NCBI GenBank assembly: GCA_007120155.1
Contig: SKOF01000185.1
Coordinates: forward strand, 1 to 34,676
Reading direction: 5' to 3'
Length of the DNA: 34,676 nt
Source of the DNA: Thioalkalivibrio sp.
GTDB taxonomy: Bacteria; Pseudomonadota; Gammaproteobacteria; Ectothiorhodospirales; Ectothiorhodospiraceae
Shown: piece by piece, positions 10,564-20,996 of the stretch
Layout of the letters: each line of letters begins with the position of its first letter
Position numbering within the stretch: position 1 is the first letter of the stretch
The notes under the pieces: generated by a model
The model's input: the letters and a program-made list of their open reading frames with translations, nothing else
Told to the model about the DNA's origin: nothing
Database searches by the model: none
Position numbers and translations under genes: made by a program

Positions 10564-11763
10564 TCAGTGGCTCAAGGTGGTCTGCGGTCGTTCCGTATGC
10601 AGTTCGCGGGGCTTGATCGTGCTCCATTGATGGCACCCGGGGCAATGCCATAGGTGTGCGCGCAGGCTGAACCCGCAGTTCACGCACTGATGGATGGGCC
10701 GTTGCTGCAGGTGATTGTCGATCACCTGGGACGCGCGATTGAGCACCTCCGCCGCTTGCGCATCCGTCACCCGGCCGGACCATGACCGCAGAAAAACCTC
10801 CAGGACCGGCAACGCGACATTGTCACGTGTCAGCGCCTGATTCAGCAGGTCATCCATTTCCGCCTGCCGGCCCTGGTCGCGAAGGGTATCCAGCCGGGCC
10901 AGCAGGATAGCCAGCGAACCGTCCTGCTCACGGAACTGCGCCAGGAAGCGTTCGTACCCGGGCACATCGTTGAGGCGCATGTACACGCCCCGCACACGAT
11001 CCAGAACCAGGGAGGCAAAGTCCGGATGCTGGTTCGCCACCTGGCCGTAATGCTTGAGGGCGCCCTTGTCGTCGCCTTCCTTCACCGCGAGATCACCCAG
11101 AAGGATACTGGCCCGCACGGAATCCCTTTCGTTGGCCAGCGCGCGGCGTGCGTTCTGGGCCGCTTTCACGGGATCCCCGGAACGGGCCGCCTGCTCACCA
11201 AGCTCACAGTAGTAATGGGCGATTCGGGTGCTTTGAGGTTCACGGGTGTGGCCTCTCAGGCGTTCAGCGGCCCAGATAGCCCGCTCCCATTCCTTCTCCT
11301 GCTCGTAGAGATCCCGCAGGCGCGCATAACCCTCGGCACTCTGAAAACCGGTATTGATGAGTTCCCGGAACAGGCCCTCCGCCCGGTCGAGCACGCCAGC
11401 CCGCATGTAATCCCGGCCCAGTTCCATGAGCGCGTTGGCACGCTGCCGAGGCTCCAGATTCGGCCGTGCGATGAGGTTCTGATGAATCCGAATGGCGCGA
11501 TCCACCTCCCCGCGACGACGGAACAGACTGCCCAGAATGAGATGGGTCTCCACGGTGTCCGCGTCCACGTCCACCATTTCGATGAACACTTCCAGGGCCC
11601 GGTCGGACTGCTCGTTGAGCAGAAAATTCAGACCCTTGATGTAGTCTTCCGACAGCGTGCCACGGGATGTGCGCCGAGGCTTCCTGCCGCTTCGGCGGGC
11701 GGCGATCCAGCCCGAGGCGGCTGCTAAGGGAAGAAGCAGCCAGAGCAGCTCGGTCATGGTCAA
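10564..11763 (-). CDS. lapB: Lipopolysaccharide assembly protein B
   Basis: N-terminal [15 protein letters not shown], TPRs, and a C-terminal rubredoxin CxxC...WHCPGC. Start may be the second Met (11757). Confidence 0.95.
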   Translation of the reverse strand: MTMTELLWLLLPLAAASGWIAARRSGRKPRRTSRGTLSEDYIKGLNFLLNEQSDRALEVFIEMVDVDADTVETHLILGSLFRRRGEVDRAIRIHQNLIARPNLEPRQRANALMELGRDYMRAGVLDRAEGLFRELINTGFQSAEGYARLRDLYEQEKEWERAIWAAERLRGHTREPQSTRIAHYYCELGEQAARSGDPVKAAQNARRALANERDSVRASILLGDLAVKEGDDKGALKHYGQVANQHPDFASLVLDRVRGVYMRLNDVPGYERFLAQFREQDGSLAILLARLDTLRDQGRQAEMDDLLNQALTRDNVALPVLEVFLRSWSGRVTDAQAAEVLNRASQVIDNHLQQRPIHQCVNCGFSLRAHLWHCPGCHQWSTIKPRELHTERPQTTLSH

Positions 11764-12053
11764 TAATGATCCTTGATGGGAATTCTGCGGAGCTTGGAAA
11801 GCTCGTCTTCAGCGAGCCGGACGCGCTTGTGGAGTTGCCGATTGGCGCGCACGTGACGCAGCATCAGCCCCACACAGGCGAACGCCCCCAGGATGGCGCC
11901 GATCAGCAGACTGGAGAAGATCACCACGGACAGCGGCATGTCCAGATGTACCGCGTACAGATTGACGGGCACGGACCCCGAATTGAGCAACGTGAAACTG
12001 GCGCCGGCCAGGACTGCCAGAATCACAACAATCAGCATGATCAGCTTTCGCAA
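11760..12053 (-). CDS. lapA: Lipopolysaccharide assembly protein A (LapA/YciS family)
   Basis: Two TM segments and a basic coiled tail. Syntenic between ihfB and lapB. Confidence 0.85.
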   Translation of the reverse strand: MRKLIMLIVVILAVLAGASFTLLNSGSVPVNLYAVHLDMPLSVVIFSSLLIGAILGAFACVGLMLRHVRANRQLHKRVRLAEDELSKLRRIPIKDHY

Positions 12054-12085
12054 AGCGGTGACCTCATCCTGCCGCGGGGAACCGG

Positions 12086-12385
12086 TCAGGCCTGCGCGGC
12101 CGGTTCACGGGTATTGACCCGCTCGCGGAGCTCCTTGCCGGGCTTGAAGTGGGGCACGTACTTGCCAGGGAGAGAAACGGTCTCGCCGGTCTTGGGATTG
12201 CGACCCACGCGAGGCGGCCGGAAATGGAGGGAGAAACTGCCGAAGCCCCGTATCTCGATACGATCTCCGGTCGCCAACGCCTGGCTCATGTGCTCAAGCA
12301 TGGTCTTGACGGAAAGCTCGACATCCTTGTAGGCCAGATGACTCTGCTTCCTGGCAAGTACATCAATCAGTTCCGACTTGGTCAT
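12086..12385 (-). CDS. ihfB: Integration host factor beta subunit
   Basis: MTKSELI...[27 protein letters not shown]...[13 protein letters not shown]. True start at 12385. Confidence 0.97.
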   Translation of the reverse strand: MTKSELIDVLARKQSHLAYKDVELSVKTMLEHMSQALATGDRIEIRGFGSFSLHFRPPRVGRNPKTGETVSLPGKYVPHFKPGKELRERVNTREPAAQA

Positions 12386-12490
12386 GACAGCAGCTCCAAA
12401 TGGCTCCAACGCAAAACCGCGTGCCTTAACGAGGCCAGACAGCCCGATTGCGGCGACCCGATCAGTATCGCCTCGCGGCCTGACTGACAG

Positions 12491-12518
12491 AAACCGGCCG
12501 CGCACACGGCGCGGCCGG
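12491..12518 (-). terminator. GC-rich hairpin after rpsA, putative weak intrinsic terminator
   Basis: 10-bp stem ccggccgcgc/gcgcggccgg with 5-nt loop, followed by TTTCTG on the minus strand. Confidence 0.5.
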
Positions 12519-12529
12519 CCCTACCGGTC

Positions 12530-14206
12530 TTACTTGTCCTGCTTGCCACCCATCTGTTCCTTGAGCAGATCCCCGAGCGACGTCGTGGCGCTGCCGGCAC
12601 CGCTGTAATCCTGCAATGCCTCGGCCTCTTCCTCGTAGTCCTTGGCCTTGATGGACAGGGTCACCGTGCGGTTCTTACGATCCACGCCCATGAACTTAGC
12701 CTCGACCTTGTCACCCACGTTCAGGACGCTGCGGGCGTCCTCGACGCGGTCACGGGACAGCTCGGAGGCCCGCAGAACACCGTCGACACTGTCGGCCAGC
12801 TCCACGATGGCGGCCTTGGCGTCCACTTCCTTGACCACACCCGTGACGATGGTGCCCTTGGCGTGTTCGGCGACGAAGTTGGAGAAGGGATCCTTGTCCA
12901 GCTGCTTGATGCCCAGGGAGATGCGTTCGCGCTCCGGATCCACGGACAGCACAACGGCTTCGATCTCGTCGCCCTTCTTGTAATTGCGCACGGCCTCCTC
13001 GCCTTCCATGTTCCAGGAAAGGTCGGACAGGTGCACCAGGCCGTCGATGCCGCCGTCCAGGCCCACGAAGATGCCGAAGTCGGTGATGGACTTGATGACA
13101 CCGGAGACCTTCTCGCCGCGGTTGTGGGTGGCGGCGAACTCGTCCCAAGGGTTGGCCTGGCACTGTTTCATGCCCAGGGAGATGCGGCGGCGTTCCTCGT
13201 CGATGTCGAGGATCATCACCTCCACCTCGTCGCCCACGGCGACCATCTTGTTGGGCGCCACGTTCTTGTTGGTCCAGTCCATCTCGGAGACGTGCACCAG
13301 GCCTTCCACACCGTCCTCGATCTCCACGAAGCAGCCGTAATCGGTGATGTTGGTGACCTTGCCGAACAGGCGGGCACCCACCGGGTAACGGCGGGTGATG
13401 TTCTCCCAGGGATCGTCGCCCAGTTGCTTCAGGCCCAGGGAGACGCGGTTGCGCTCGCGATCGAACTTGAGCACCTTGACCTCGATCTCCTGACCGATAT
13501 CCACCACTTCGGAGGGGTGCTTGACGCGCTTCCAGGCCATGTCGGTAATATGCAGCAGGCCGTCGATGCCGCCCAGGTCCAGGAACGCACCGTAATCGGT
13601 GAGGTTCTTGACGATGCCCTTGAGCACCAGGCCTTCCTGCAGGTTCTCCAGCAGGGCCTCACGTTCGGCGCTGTACTCCTTCTCCACCACTGCACGGCGG
13701 GACACGACCACGTTGTTGCGGCGCTGATCCAGCTTGATGAGCTTGAATTCCAGTTCCTTGCCTTCCAGGTAGGCGGTGTCGCGCACGGGGCGCACATCCA
13801 CCAGCGAGCCGGGCAGGAAGGCCCGGATATCGCCCAGTTCCACGGTAAACCCGCCCTTGACCTTCCCGGAGATCATGCCGGAGATGGTTTCGTCGTTCTC
13901 CATGGCGGATTCCAGACGCTCCCACGCCTTGGCGCGCTTGGCCTTCTCCCGCGACAGACGTGTCTCACCGAAGCCGTCCTCCGGACTCTCCAGTGCGACC
14001 TCCACCACGTCACCCACCTTGACTTCCATTTCCCCCTTTTCGTTGAGGAACTGGTCGGCGGGGACGACACCTTCGGACTTGAGTCCGGCGTTGATCACCA
14101 CGACATCGGGCGTCACGTTGATCACGGTGCCATTGATGATGCTGCCTGGCTTCATCTGCGTGAAGGCCATGCTCTCTTCGAACAGTTGCGCGAAACTTTC
14201 ACTCAT
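12530..14206 (-). CDS. rpsA: 30S ribosomal protein S1
   Basis: [12 protein letters not shown]; six S1 domains (e.g. [19 protein letters not shown]). Confidence 0.98.
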   Translation of the reverse strand: MSESFAQLFEESMAFTQMKPGSIINGTVINVTPDVVVINAGLKSEGVVPADQFLNEKGEMEVKVGDVVEVALESPEDGFGETRLSREKAKRAKAWERLESAMENDETISGMISGKVKGGFTVELGDIRAFLPGSLVDVRPVRDTAYLEGKELEFKLIKLDQRRNNVVVSRRAVVEKEYSAEREALLENLQEGLVLKGIVKNLTDYGAFLDLGGIDGLLHITDMAWKRVKHPSEVVDIGQEIEVKVLKFDRERNRVSLGLKQLGDDPWENITRRYPVGARLFGKVTNITDYGCFVEIEDGVEGLVHVSEMDWTNKNVAPNKMVAVGDEVEVMILDIDEERRRISLGMKQCQANPWDEFAATHNRGEKVSGVIKSITDFGIFVGLDGGIDGLVHLSDLSWNMEGEEAVRNYKKGDEIEAVVLSVDPERERISLGIKQLDKDPFSNFVAEHAKGTIVTGVVKEVDAKAAIVELADSVDGVLRASELSRDRVEDARSVLNVGDKVEAKFMGVDRKNRTVTLSIKAKDYEEEAEALQDYSGAGSATTSLGDLLKEQMGGKQDK

Positions 14207-14299
14207 GAGTTGTCTGGACCTGAAATTGGGCTTGACGGGTTCCGTTCACAAGCCGGTTGGTTGATGAATGTCATGGCCACGGGCGATCCCGCCCGGACC

Positions 14300-14980
14300 T
14301 TAGTCGGTTAAACCCCGTTCCCGGGCCAGCCGCAACACCTGTTCAAGTACCGATTCGATGTCCATGTGGGTGGAATCCAGCACCACGGCGTCATCGGCCG
14401 GCTTCAACGGCGCAACGCTCCGCTCAGCATCGCGGCGGTCGCGTTCGGCAAGCTCCTCTGAAAGGGCGTGAAGATTAGCACTAAGTCCTTGTTCTTTCAA
14501 CTGCTTATATCGACGCCTGGCGCGTTCCTCGCAGGATGCCGTCAGAAAGACCTTGAGCGGCGCCTCCGTGAACACCACCGTACCCATATCCCGGCCATCC
14601 GCCACAAGCCCGGGGGGCTGCCGAAAGCCCCGCTGGCGCTCCAGCAGGGCATCGCGCACGGATTGGTGAGCCGCCACCCGGGAGGCGGCATTGCCCGCCT
14701 GCTCGGTGCGAAGTTCGGCGCCCACTGGTGCGCCGTCCAGCAGGACCACGGGATTCCCCGCATCATCCGCCTGAAAGCGGGCATCCAGGCCGGCAGCCAG
14801 ACCGCTCAGGGCCGCCACATCATCCAGATCCATATCCCTGCGCAAAGCTGCCAGCGCCACCAACCGGTACATGGCGCCGCTGTCCAGCCAGTGCCAGCCC
14901 AGGCGTTCCGCCACCAACCGGCTCACGGTCCCCTTGCCGGAGCCACTGGGGCCATCCACCGTGATCACCGGGGCGTTCAT
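14300..14980 (-). CDS. cmk: Cytidylate kinase
   Basis: VITVDGPSGSGKGT, LDSGAMYR, ADGRDMGTVVF. ATG at 14980 overlaps the aroA stop (ATGA). Confidence 0.96.
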   Translation of the reverse strand: MNAPVITVDGPSGSGKGTVSRLVAERLGWHWLDSGAMYRLVALAALRRDMDLDDVAALSGLAAGLDARFQADDAGNPVVLLDGAPVGAELRTEQAGNAASRVAAHQSVRDALLERQRGFRQPPGLVADGRDMGTVVFTEAPLKVFLTASCEERARRRYKQLKEQGLSANLHALSEELAERDRRDAERSVAPLKPADDAVVLDSTHMDIESVLEQVLRLARERGLTD

Positions 14981-16305
14981 GCCGGGTCCCCCTGTGTGAT
15001 CCCGAGCCCTGCAGCCGCCGCCAGTTCGACGAATCCCGGGAACGACGTATCCACGTTGGCGCAATCAAGGATACGTATGGGTCCTTCTGCACGCAGGGCG
15101 CCCATGGCAAAACTCATGGCAATGCGGTGATCCCCGTGGCTGTCCACGGTGGCGCCCCGCAACCGCCCGCCCCGGATGCGAATGCCGTCCGGGGTGGGTT
15201 CCGCCTCGATGCCGCAGGCGTCGAGACCGTCCGCCATCACCTGGATGCGATCGCTCTCCTTTACCCGCAGTTCTTCGGCACCGGTCAGCACAGTGTCGCC
15301 TTCCGCGCAGGCGGCGGCAATGAACAGCGCGGGAAACTCGTCGATGGCCAGGGGCACCAGTTCCTCGGGGATGCGCACCCCCCGAAGTGGCGCGCCACCG
15401 ATCACCCGCAGATCGGCCACCGGTTCACCCCCCGCCTCTCGCGGATTCTCCACATGGATCTCCGCCCCCATGAGCCGCAGGATGTCGACCACCCCCACCC
15501 GGGTGGGATTCATGCCCACGTGCTCCAGGGTGATCTCCGATCCCGGGGAGATGCAGGCGCCCACCAGGAAGAACGCCGCCGAGGAGATATCCGCCGGGAC
15601 ATCGATGCCGGTGGCGGTGAGCGTTCCGCCCCCCTGGATGCACACCGTGCCGTCATCCCGGATCACCGGATAGCCGAACCCCGTGAGCATGCGCTCCGTG
15701 TGATCGCGCGTCGGTGCCGGTTCCGTCACACAGGTGGTTCCGCGAGCATACAGCCCCGCCAGCAGGAGGCTCGATTTCACCTGGGCGCTGGCGACGGGCA
15801 TGGCGAACTCGATCCCCTGCAGTGTGCGGCCGCCACGGATGTGCAGCGGCGGTGTACCGTTCGCGCTGGTTTCGATGTGTGCACCCATTGCGGTCAGCGG
15901 TTCCGTGACCCGGCGCATGGGGCGGCGGGTCAGGGAGGCATCACCCACCAGCGTGGTGTCGAAGGCCTGGCCGGACAACAGCCCCGCCATCAGGCGCATG
16001 GAGGTGCCCGAGTTGCCCACATCCAGGGGGCCGGCCGGTGCCCTGAGACCGTGCAGGCCGGCGCCGCGGATCACCACCCTGCCCGCCTCCGGCCCCTCGA
16101 TCTCCACGCCCATGGCCCGGAAGGCGGCCAGCGTGGCCATGCAGTCCTCGCCGTTCAGGAACCCGGTCACCTCCGTGGTCCCCTCCGCCAGGGAACCCAG
16201 CATGATGCAGCGGTGGGAGATGGACTTGTCTCCCGGCACCCGGATTCGCCCGGTCAGTTGGCCGCCGGGTTGTACGTCGAATTCAATTTCCTGTGCTTGT
16301 GGCAT
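14977..16305 (-). CDS. aroA: 3-phosphoshikimate 1-carboxyvinyltransferase (EPSP synthase, class II-like)
   Basis: VPGDKSISHR, GNSGTSMRL, SAQVKS, RDHTERML, RVKESDRI, DHRIAMSF. Confidence 0.97.
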   Translation of the reverse strand: MPQAQEIEFDVQPGGQLTGRIRVPGDKSISHRCIMLGSLAEGTTEVTGFLNGEDCMATLAAFRAMGVEIEGPEAGRVVIRGAGLHGLRAPAGPLDVGNSGTSMRLMAGLLSGQAFDTTLVGDASLTRRPMRRVTEPLTAMGAHIETSANGTPPLHIRGGRTLQGIEFAMPVASAQVKSSLLLAGLYARGTTCVTEPAPTRDHTERMLTGFGYPVIRDDGTVCIQGGGTLTATGIDVPADISSAAFFLVGACISPGSEITLEHVGMNPTRVGVVDILRLMGAEIHVENPREAGGEPVADLRVIGGAPLRGVRIPEELVPLAIDEFPALFIAAACAEGDTVLTGAEELRVKESDRIQVMADGLDACGIEAEPTPDGIRIRGGRLRGATVDSHGDHRIAMSFAMGALRAEGPIRILDCANVDTSFPGFVELAAAAGLGITQGDPA

Positions 16306-16340
16306 TGGCTATGGATTTCCGGAAACTGATACTGGATCGC

Positions 16341-16464
16341 CGCAGAGATGCGGAGACGCAGAGAAAATGGAACTTGATTACCCTGAATTGGAGGCCCGGC
16401 AACGTGCCAACCCCGCCCTGCTCCTTTCCATGTTGAACGATCTCTGCAACTGCGCGTCTCTGTG
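16341..16464. repeat. Imperfect inverted repeat built of about 9-nt CGCAGAGAC-like units in the tyrA-aroA spacer
   Basis: cgcagagatgcggagacgcagaga (16341-16364) against tctctgcaactgcgcgtctctgtg (16441-16464), 19/24 complementary. Confidence 0.7.
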
Positions 16465-16484
16465 CCGTCTCCAACTCGTTGTGG

Positions 16485-17342
16485 TCAATGGCAGAAACGG
16501 TCACGGGCCGCCTTGGCCCGGCGGAAGATCTCCAGGAGCAGATCTCCGTCGCCGTGCTTCACGGCCTCGGTGATGCCGTCCAGGTCCTCGCGGTAGTGCT
16601 TCATGACCTCGAGGATGGCCTCGCTGTTGGCAAGGCAGATGTCGCGCCACATGACCGGATCGCTGGACGCGATACGGGTGAAATCACGGAAACCGCCCGC
16701 GGCGTAGCGGAAGATCTCCTCGCTTTCGCCCATGCGCGCAAGACTGTCCACCAGTCCGAAAGCCAGCAGATGAGGCAGGTGGCTGGTGGCGGCCAGTACC
16801 TCGTCGTGATGGGTCACCGACATCTCCTCCACCACCGCACCGGCCGCCTGCCACATGGCACGCACCTTGTCGAGGGCATCCTTGCGGGTTGTCTCGAGCG
16901 GCGTGAGTATCACCCGCCGGTCCTGAAAGAGTTCCGGGAACGCGGCATCCACCCCGCTCTGTTCGGTGCCGGCGATGGGGTGGCCCGGGACGAAGCCCGA
17001 CGGCGCAACTCCGAAAGCGGCGCTCACCGCATGCACCACACTCGCCTTGGCGCTGCCGACGTCGGTAAGCACCGCATCGACCGGCAAGGCATCGCGGATG
17101 CTCGTGCATACCGGTCCCATGGCGCCCAGCGGCACCGCCAGCAGGACCATGTCGGCATCCCTGACGGCCTCCACGGCATCCAGGCTGTAACTGTCGATCA
17201 CGCCCCGTTCCACTGCCCGCGCCAGATGCTGTTCGGAACGGGAACAACCCACCACCTCGCGGCAATGGCCGCCCCGGCGCAGTGCCAGGGCCAGGGAGCC
17301 GCCGATCAGGCCCACGCCGAAGATGCAGAGTCTACGGATCAA
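16485..17342 (-). CDS. tyrA: Prephenate/arogenate dehydrogenase
   Basis: GVGLIGGS Rossmann motif, TDVGSAK, GHPIAGTE, HDEVLAATSHLPH, GFRDFTRIA. TTG start overlaps the hisC stop. Confidence 0.92.
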   Translation of the reverse strand: MIRRLCIFGVGLIGGSLALALRRGGHCREVVGCSRSEQHLARAVERGVIDSYSLDAVEAVRDADMVLLAVPLGAMGPVCTSIRDALPVDAVLTDVGSAKASVVHAVSAAFGVAPSGFVPGHPIAGTEQSGVDAAFPELFQDRRVILTPLETTRKDALDKVRAMWQAAGAVVEEMSVTHHDEVLAATSHLPHLLAFGLVDSLARMGESEEIFRYAAGGFRDFTRIASSDPVMWRDICLANSEAILEVMKHYREDLDGITEAVKHGDGDLLLEIFRRAKAARDRFCH

Positions 17343-18460
17343 GAGACCAGCACCTTGTCCAGGGCGTCGATAAAACGCCGGTTCTCATGCTCCCGGCCCA
17401 CCGTGACGCGCAGATGGTTGGGGAGGCCGTACCCGGCAATGGGACGCACGATCACCCCTTCGCGCAACAGGGCATCATAGACCGCAGCCGCCTCGCGCCC
17501 CACGTCGATGGACAGGAAATTACCCACCGACGGTATGAATCCGAGTCCCCGCTGCCCGCAGGCGGCGGTCAGTTGGTGCAGGCCCTCGCGGTTGACCTGT
17601 ACGCTCCGGTGCACGTGATCGGTATCGTCCAGCGCCGCAAGCGCGGCCGCCTGGGCGAGACTGTTGGTATTGAAGGGCTGGCGCACCCGGTTGAGGATGT
17701 CCGCCACGGCCTCGCCGGACACCCCGTATCCGATGCGCAACCCTGCGAGCCCGTGGATCTTCGAGAACGTGCGGGTCACGATCAGGTTGGGGAATGCATC
17801 CAGCCAGCGGGTGGCATCCGGGTAACCGTCTGCCACCACGTACTCGAAATACGCCTCGTCCATGACCACCAGGGTATCGTCCGGCACGCGCTTCAGGAAT
17901 GCGTGCACCGAGGCCTCGTCCAGCCACGTGCCGGTGGGATTGTTGGGATTGGCCACGAACACCACCCGCGTATCCCCGTCGATGAGCGCCGCCATGGCGT
18001 CCAGATCATGGCCCCAGGGCATGGCGTGATCGCGTCCGTTGGCCGCTGCCACCCGCGCCTCGGCGCCCACCGCCTGCACCACGATCGGGTAGACCGCAAA
18101 GGCATGCGCGCTGAATACCGCATTGCGCCCCGGACCCAGGTAGGCGCGCGCAATCAGTTCAAGGATTTCATTGGAGCCATTGCCCAGGGTGATGCGCGTG
18201 GCGTCCATGTTCAGATACCCGGCCAGGCGTCGCTTAAGGACGAAGCCGTTACCGTCCGGGTAGAGAGACACGCCTGACAATTGCGTCCGTACTGCGTCCA
18301 GCGCACGGGCGCTGGGCCCCAGCGGATTCTCGTTGGAAGCGAGCTTGATGCTCTCCCGAATCCCCAGCTCACGCTCCAGCTCGTCGATGGGCTTGCCGGG
18401 CTGGTACGGTGTCAGATTCTGCACCCCGGTCAGCGCCAGGGCCCGATAATCACAACTCAT
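17339..18460 (-). CDS. hisC: Histidinol-phosphate / aromatic aminotransferase
   Basis: KLASNENPLG, GNGSNE, NPNNPTG, DEAY, RTFSKIHGLAGLRIGY. Confidence 0.93.
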   Translation of the reverse strand: MSCDYRALALTGVQNLTPYQPGKPIDELERELGIRESIKLASNENPLGPSARALDAVRTQLSGVSLYPDGNGFVLKRRLAGYLNMDATRITLGNGSNEILELIARAYLGPGRNAVFSAHAFAVYPIVVQAVGAEARVAAANGRDHAMPWGHDLDAMAALIDGDTRVVFVANPNNPTGTWLDEASVHAFLKRVPDDTLVVMDEAYFEYVVADGYPDATRWLDAFPNLIVTRTFSKIHGLAGLRIGYGVSGEAVADILNRVRQPFNTNSLAQAAALAALDDTDHVHRSVQVNREGLHQLTAACGQRGLGFIPSVGNFLSIDVGREAAAVYDALLREGVIVRPIAGYGLPNHLRVTVGREHENRRFIDALDKVLVS

Positions 18461-18467
18461 GGAACGT

Positions 18468-18542
18468 GTCCGTTGTCAGTGGTCAGTGGTCCGTCGCAGG
18501 GGTCCGGTCTTTACAACTGACGACCGACCACTGACAACGGAC
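18468..18542. repeat. Inverted repeat of four 7-nt tandem units (GTCAGTG-like) filling the pheA-hisC spacer
   Basis: gtccgtt gtcagtg gtcagtg gtccgtc g (18468-18496) against caactgacgaccgaccactgacaacggac (18514-18542), 25/29 complementary. Confidence 0.85.
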
Positions 18543-18547
18543 GGCTC

Positions 18548-19636
18548 TTAGAGTACCGCGCGCGGATAGGATCCCAGGACCTTGACCAGGTCCGCCTCCT
18601 TGCGCACCGCCTCGATGGCCTTTCTCACCTTGTCGTCGTTCTCGTGGCCTTCCACATCGATGAAGAACACGTAATCCCAGTTCACGCAATGGGAAGGACG
18701 GGATTCGATGCGCGTCAGGCTGACGTCGGCGCGGGCAAATGGTTCCAGCAGACGGAACAGCGAGCCCGGGCGGTTGCTGGTTGAAAGCAGCAGGGAGGTC
18801 TTGTCCTGGCCGGACGGCCCGCTGGCGTTCGGGCCGATCACCAGAAAGCGGGTGGTGTTGTCCGGGGAATCCTCGATATTGGCATTGATCGTATGCAGCC
18901 CATAGCGTTCCGCCGCCGCCTCGCTGGCGATGGCCGCGACACCCTTCTCCTGGGCCGCACGCCTGGCCGCGGCCGCGTTGCTGCTCACCGGAATCCGCTC
19001 GGCCTGGGGGAGGTTCGCATCCAGCCACTCGCGGCACTGGGCCAGGGATTGCTGATGGGAATACACCCGCTCGATCCGGATTCGCTCCATGGGTTCGGCG
19101 GCCAGCAGCTGATGATGGATGCGAAGGGCCACCTCGCCGCAGATGCTCAGCGGCGACTGCATGAACCGATCCAGTGTGTGAGTCACCACGCCTTCCGCGG
19201 AATTCTCCACCGGCACTACCCCGTAGTGTGCGGCACCGGACTCCACCTCGCGAAAGACCTCGTCGATGGCGCCGAGCGGCACGGTGGTTACCGAATGACC
19301 GAAGTGCTTGAGCGCCGCGGCTTGGGTGAACGTGCCTTCCGGTCCGAGAAAGGCCACCTTGAGGGGCTCTTCCAGGGCGAGGCAGGCGGACATGATCTCC
19401 CGGAACAGTCTCCCCATCTCTTCGTCATCCAGCGGGCCCGGGTTCATCTCCTGAATCCGGCGCAGGATCCGGGCCTCCCGATCCGGTCGATAGAACTCGG
19501 CCCGGGGATCACCGGCGCGCTTGACCCCGGCCACCGCCTGTGCGCAACGGGCACGCTCGCTGATGAGCTTCACCAACTGCTCATCCAGGGCATCGATACG
19601 CGCCCGGATGGTTTCCAGTGAATCCTGTCCGCTCAT
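18548..19636 (-). CDS. pheA: Chorismate mutase / prephenate dehydratase (P-protein)
   Basis: N-terminal AroQ (IRARIDALD), LGPEGTF, VPVENS, NTTRF, and an ACT domain with RIESRP. Confidence 0.96.
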   Translation of the reverse strand: MSGQDSLETIRARIDALDEQLVKLISERARCAQAVAGVKRAGDPRAEFYRPDREARILRRIQEMNPGPLDDEEMGRLFREIMSACLALEEPLKVAFLGPEGTFTQAAALKHFGHSVTTVPLGAIDEVFREVESGAAHYGVVPVENSAEGVVTHTLDRFMQSPLSICGEVALRIHHQLLAAEPMERIRIERVYSHQQSLAQCREWLDANLPQAERIPVSSNAAAARRAAQEKGVAAIASEAAAERYGLHTINANIEDSPDNTTRFLVIGPNASGPSGQDKTSLLLSTSNRPGSLFRLLEPFARADVSLTRIESRPSHCVNWDYVFFIDVEGHENDDKVRKAIEAVRKEADLVKVLGSYPRAVL

Positions 19637-19642
19637 GAGTCT

Positions 19643-20806
19643 CTACAACACCCGCACTCGCAGTACGCCGTCGATAGCGTTCAGCTCCCTTGCCGCATCT
19701 TCGGTGATCTCGCCTTCCACGTCCATGATGCTGTAGGCGATGGTACCCCGTGACTCGTTCACCATGTGCACGATGTTCAGTCCGGCCTTGCCCAGGATAT
19801 GAGACATCTGCCCCACCATGTCCGGCATGTTGCGGTTGACCACCGTCACGCGCAGGTCCCCCGCACGCGGCAGATAGACCTCCGGCAGGTTGACGGAATT
19901 GCGCACGTTGCCGTTCTCCAGGTACTCGCGAAGCTGCTCGGCCACGATCACGGCGCAATTCTCCTCCGCCTCGCGGGTGGAGGCACCCAGGTGCGGCAGC
20001 GCCACCACCTTCGGATGGGCCATCAGCAGGGGGCTCGGGAAATCACAGATATAGGCGTGCAATCTGCCGGTATCGAGTGCCCGGCAGGCGGCCTCATCAT
20101 CGACGATCCCCGAGCGGGCGAAATTTAGCAGCACCGCCCCCGGCTTCATGCGCTCAAGGCGGTCGGCGTTGATCATGTTGCGGGTAGCGTCCACCAGGGG
20201 CACGTGGAAGGTGACGAAATCCGCCCGGGACAGAAGTTCATCCACATTGGAGGCGTGCTGCACTTCGGAGGAGAGTTGCCAGGCGCGCCGCACGGTGATC
20301 TTCGGATCATAGCCGATCACCTGCATGCCCAGTGCCCGCGCGGCATTGGCGATCTGCACGCCGATGGCACCGAGCCCGATCACGCCCAGGGTGCGCCCCG
20401 GAAGCTCGAAGCCCACAAATTTCTTCTTGCCGGCCTCCATCTGCTGTTCGAGATCCGCCGCCGACGCATCCAGGCCGCGGGTGTAGTCCCAGGCCCCGCA
20501 CAGATTGCGCGCAGCGATCAGCATACCCGCCACCACCAGCTCCTTGACCGCGTTGGCATTTGCTCCCGGTGCATTGAATACCGCCACGCCCCGCTCGCTC
20601 AGTTCCGCCACCGGGATGTTGTTTACACCGGCACCGGCCCGCCCCACGGCCTTGAGTTCATCGGGCAGCTTCATGGAATGCATATTGTGGGAACGCACCA
20701 GGATTGCATCCGGGTGGGTCAGCTCCGACGCAATCTCGTAATGGTCCCGGGGGAAGCAGTCGAGCCCCTTCACGGAGATGTTGTTCAGGGTCAGAATCTT
20801 GTACAT
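19643..20806 (-). CDS. serA: D-3-phosphoglycerate dehydrogenase with C-terminal ACT domain
   Basis: GRAGAGVNNIP, NANAVKEL, GLGAIG, LNFAR, LPHLGAST. Directly downstream of serC. Confidence 0.88.
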   Translation of the reverse strand: MYKILTLNNISVKGLDCFPRDHYEIASELTHPDAILVRSHNMHSMKLPDELKAVGRAGAGVNNIPVAELSERGVAVFNAPGANANAVKELVVAGMLIAARNLCGAWDYTRGLDASAADLEQQMEAGKKKFVGFELPGRTLGVIGLGAIGVQIANAARALGMQVIGYDPKITVRRAWQLSSEVQHASNVDELLSRADFVTFHVPLVDATRNMINADRLERMKPGAVLLNFARSGIVDDEAACRALDTGRLHAYICDFPSPLLMAHPKVVALPHLGASTREAEENCAVIVAEQLREYLENGNVRNSVNLPEVYLPRAGDLRVTVVNRNMPDMVGQMSHILGKAGLNIVHMVNESRGTIAYSIMDVEGEITEDAARELNAIDGVLRVRVL

Positions 20807-20833
20807 GGTCAGTGCGCCTTGAAATTCTTGTTG

Positions 20834-20987
20834 GCCACAGAGGTCACAGAGATAGGAACATTAACCGATTTACTTTGCGCCTTCGTGGCCCTGCGAGAGA
20901 AATGCTCCCTCCAGCCTGGGAACAGGGCTGTCGCCAAGGCGCAAAGAAGAAGACCGTCAATGCTTGTTTCTCTGTGACCTCTGTGGC
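20834..20987. repeat. Nested inverted repeats in the serC-serA spacer
   Basis: Perfect 19-bp outer arms gccacagaggtcacagaga (20834-20852) and tctctgtgacctctgtggc (20969-20987). Perfect 11-bp inner arms ctttgcgcctt (20873-20883) and aaggcgcaaag (20936-20946). Confidence 0.88.
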
Positions 20988-20996
20988 AGAAATTCC

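Noticed and set aside
12863-14311. 482-aa ORF antisense to rpsA, and similar long antisense ORFs over galU, aroA, serC and glcE
   Set aside because: Same antisense shadow effect; the proteins on the other strand are unambiguous.
16283-16504. 73-aa ORF bridging tyrA and aroA
   Set aside because: Overlaps both genes and runs through the inverted repeat; no protein-like features.
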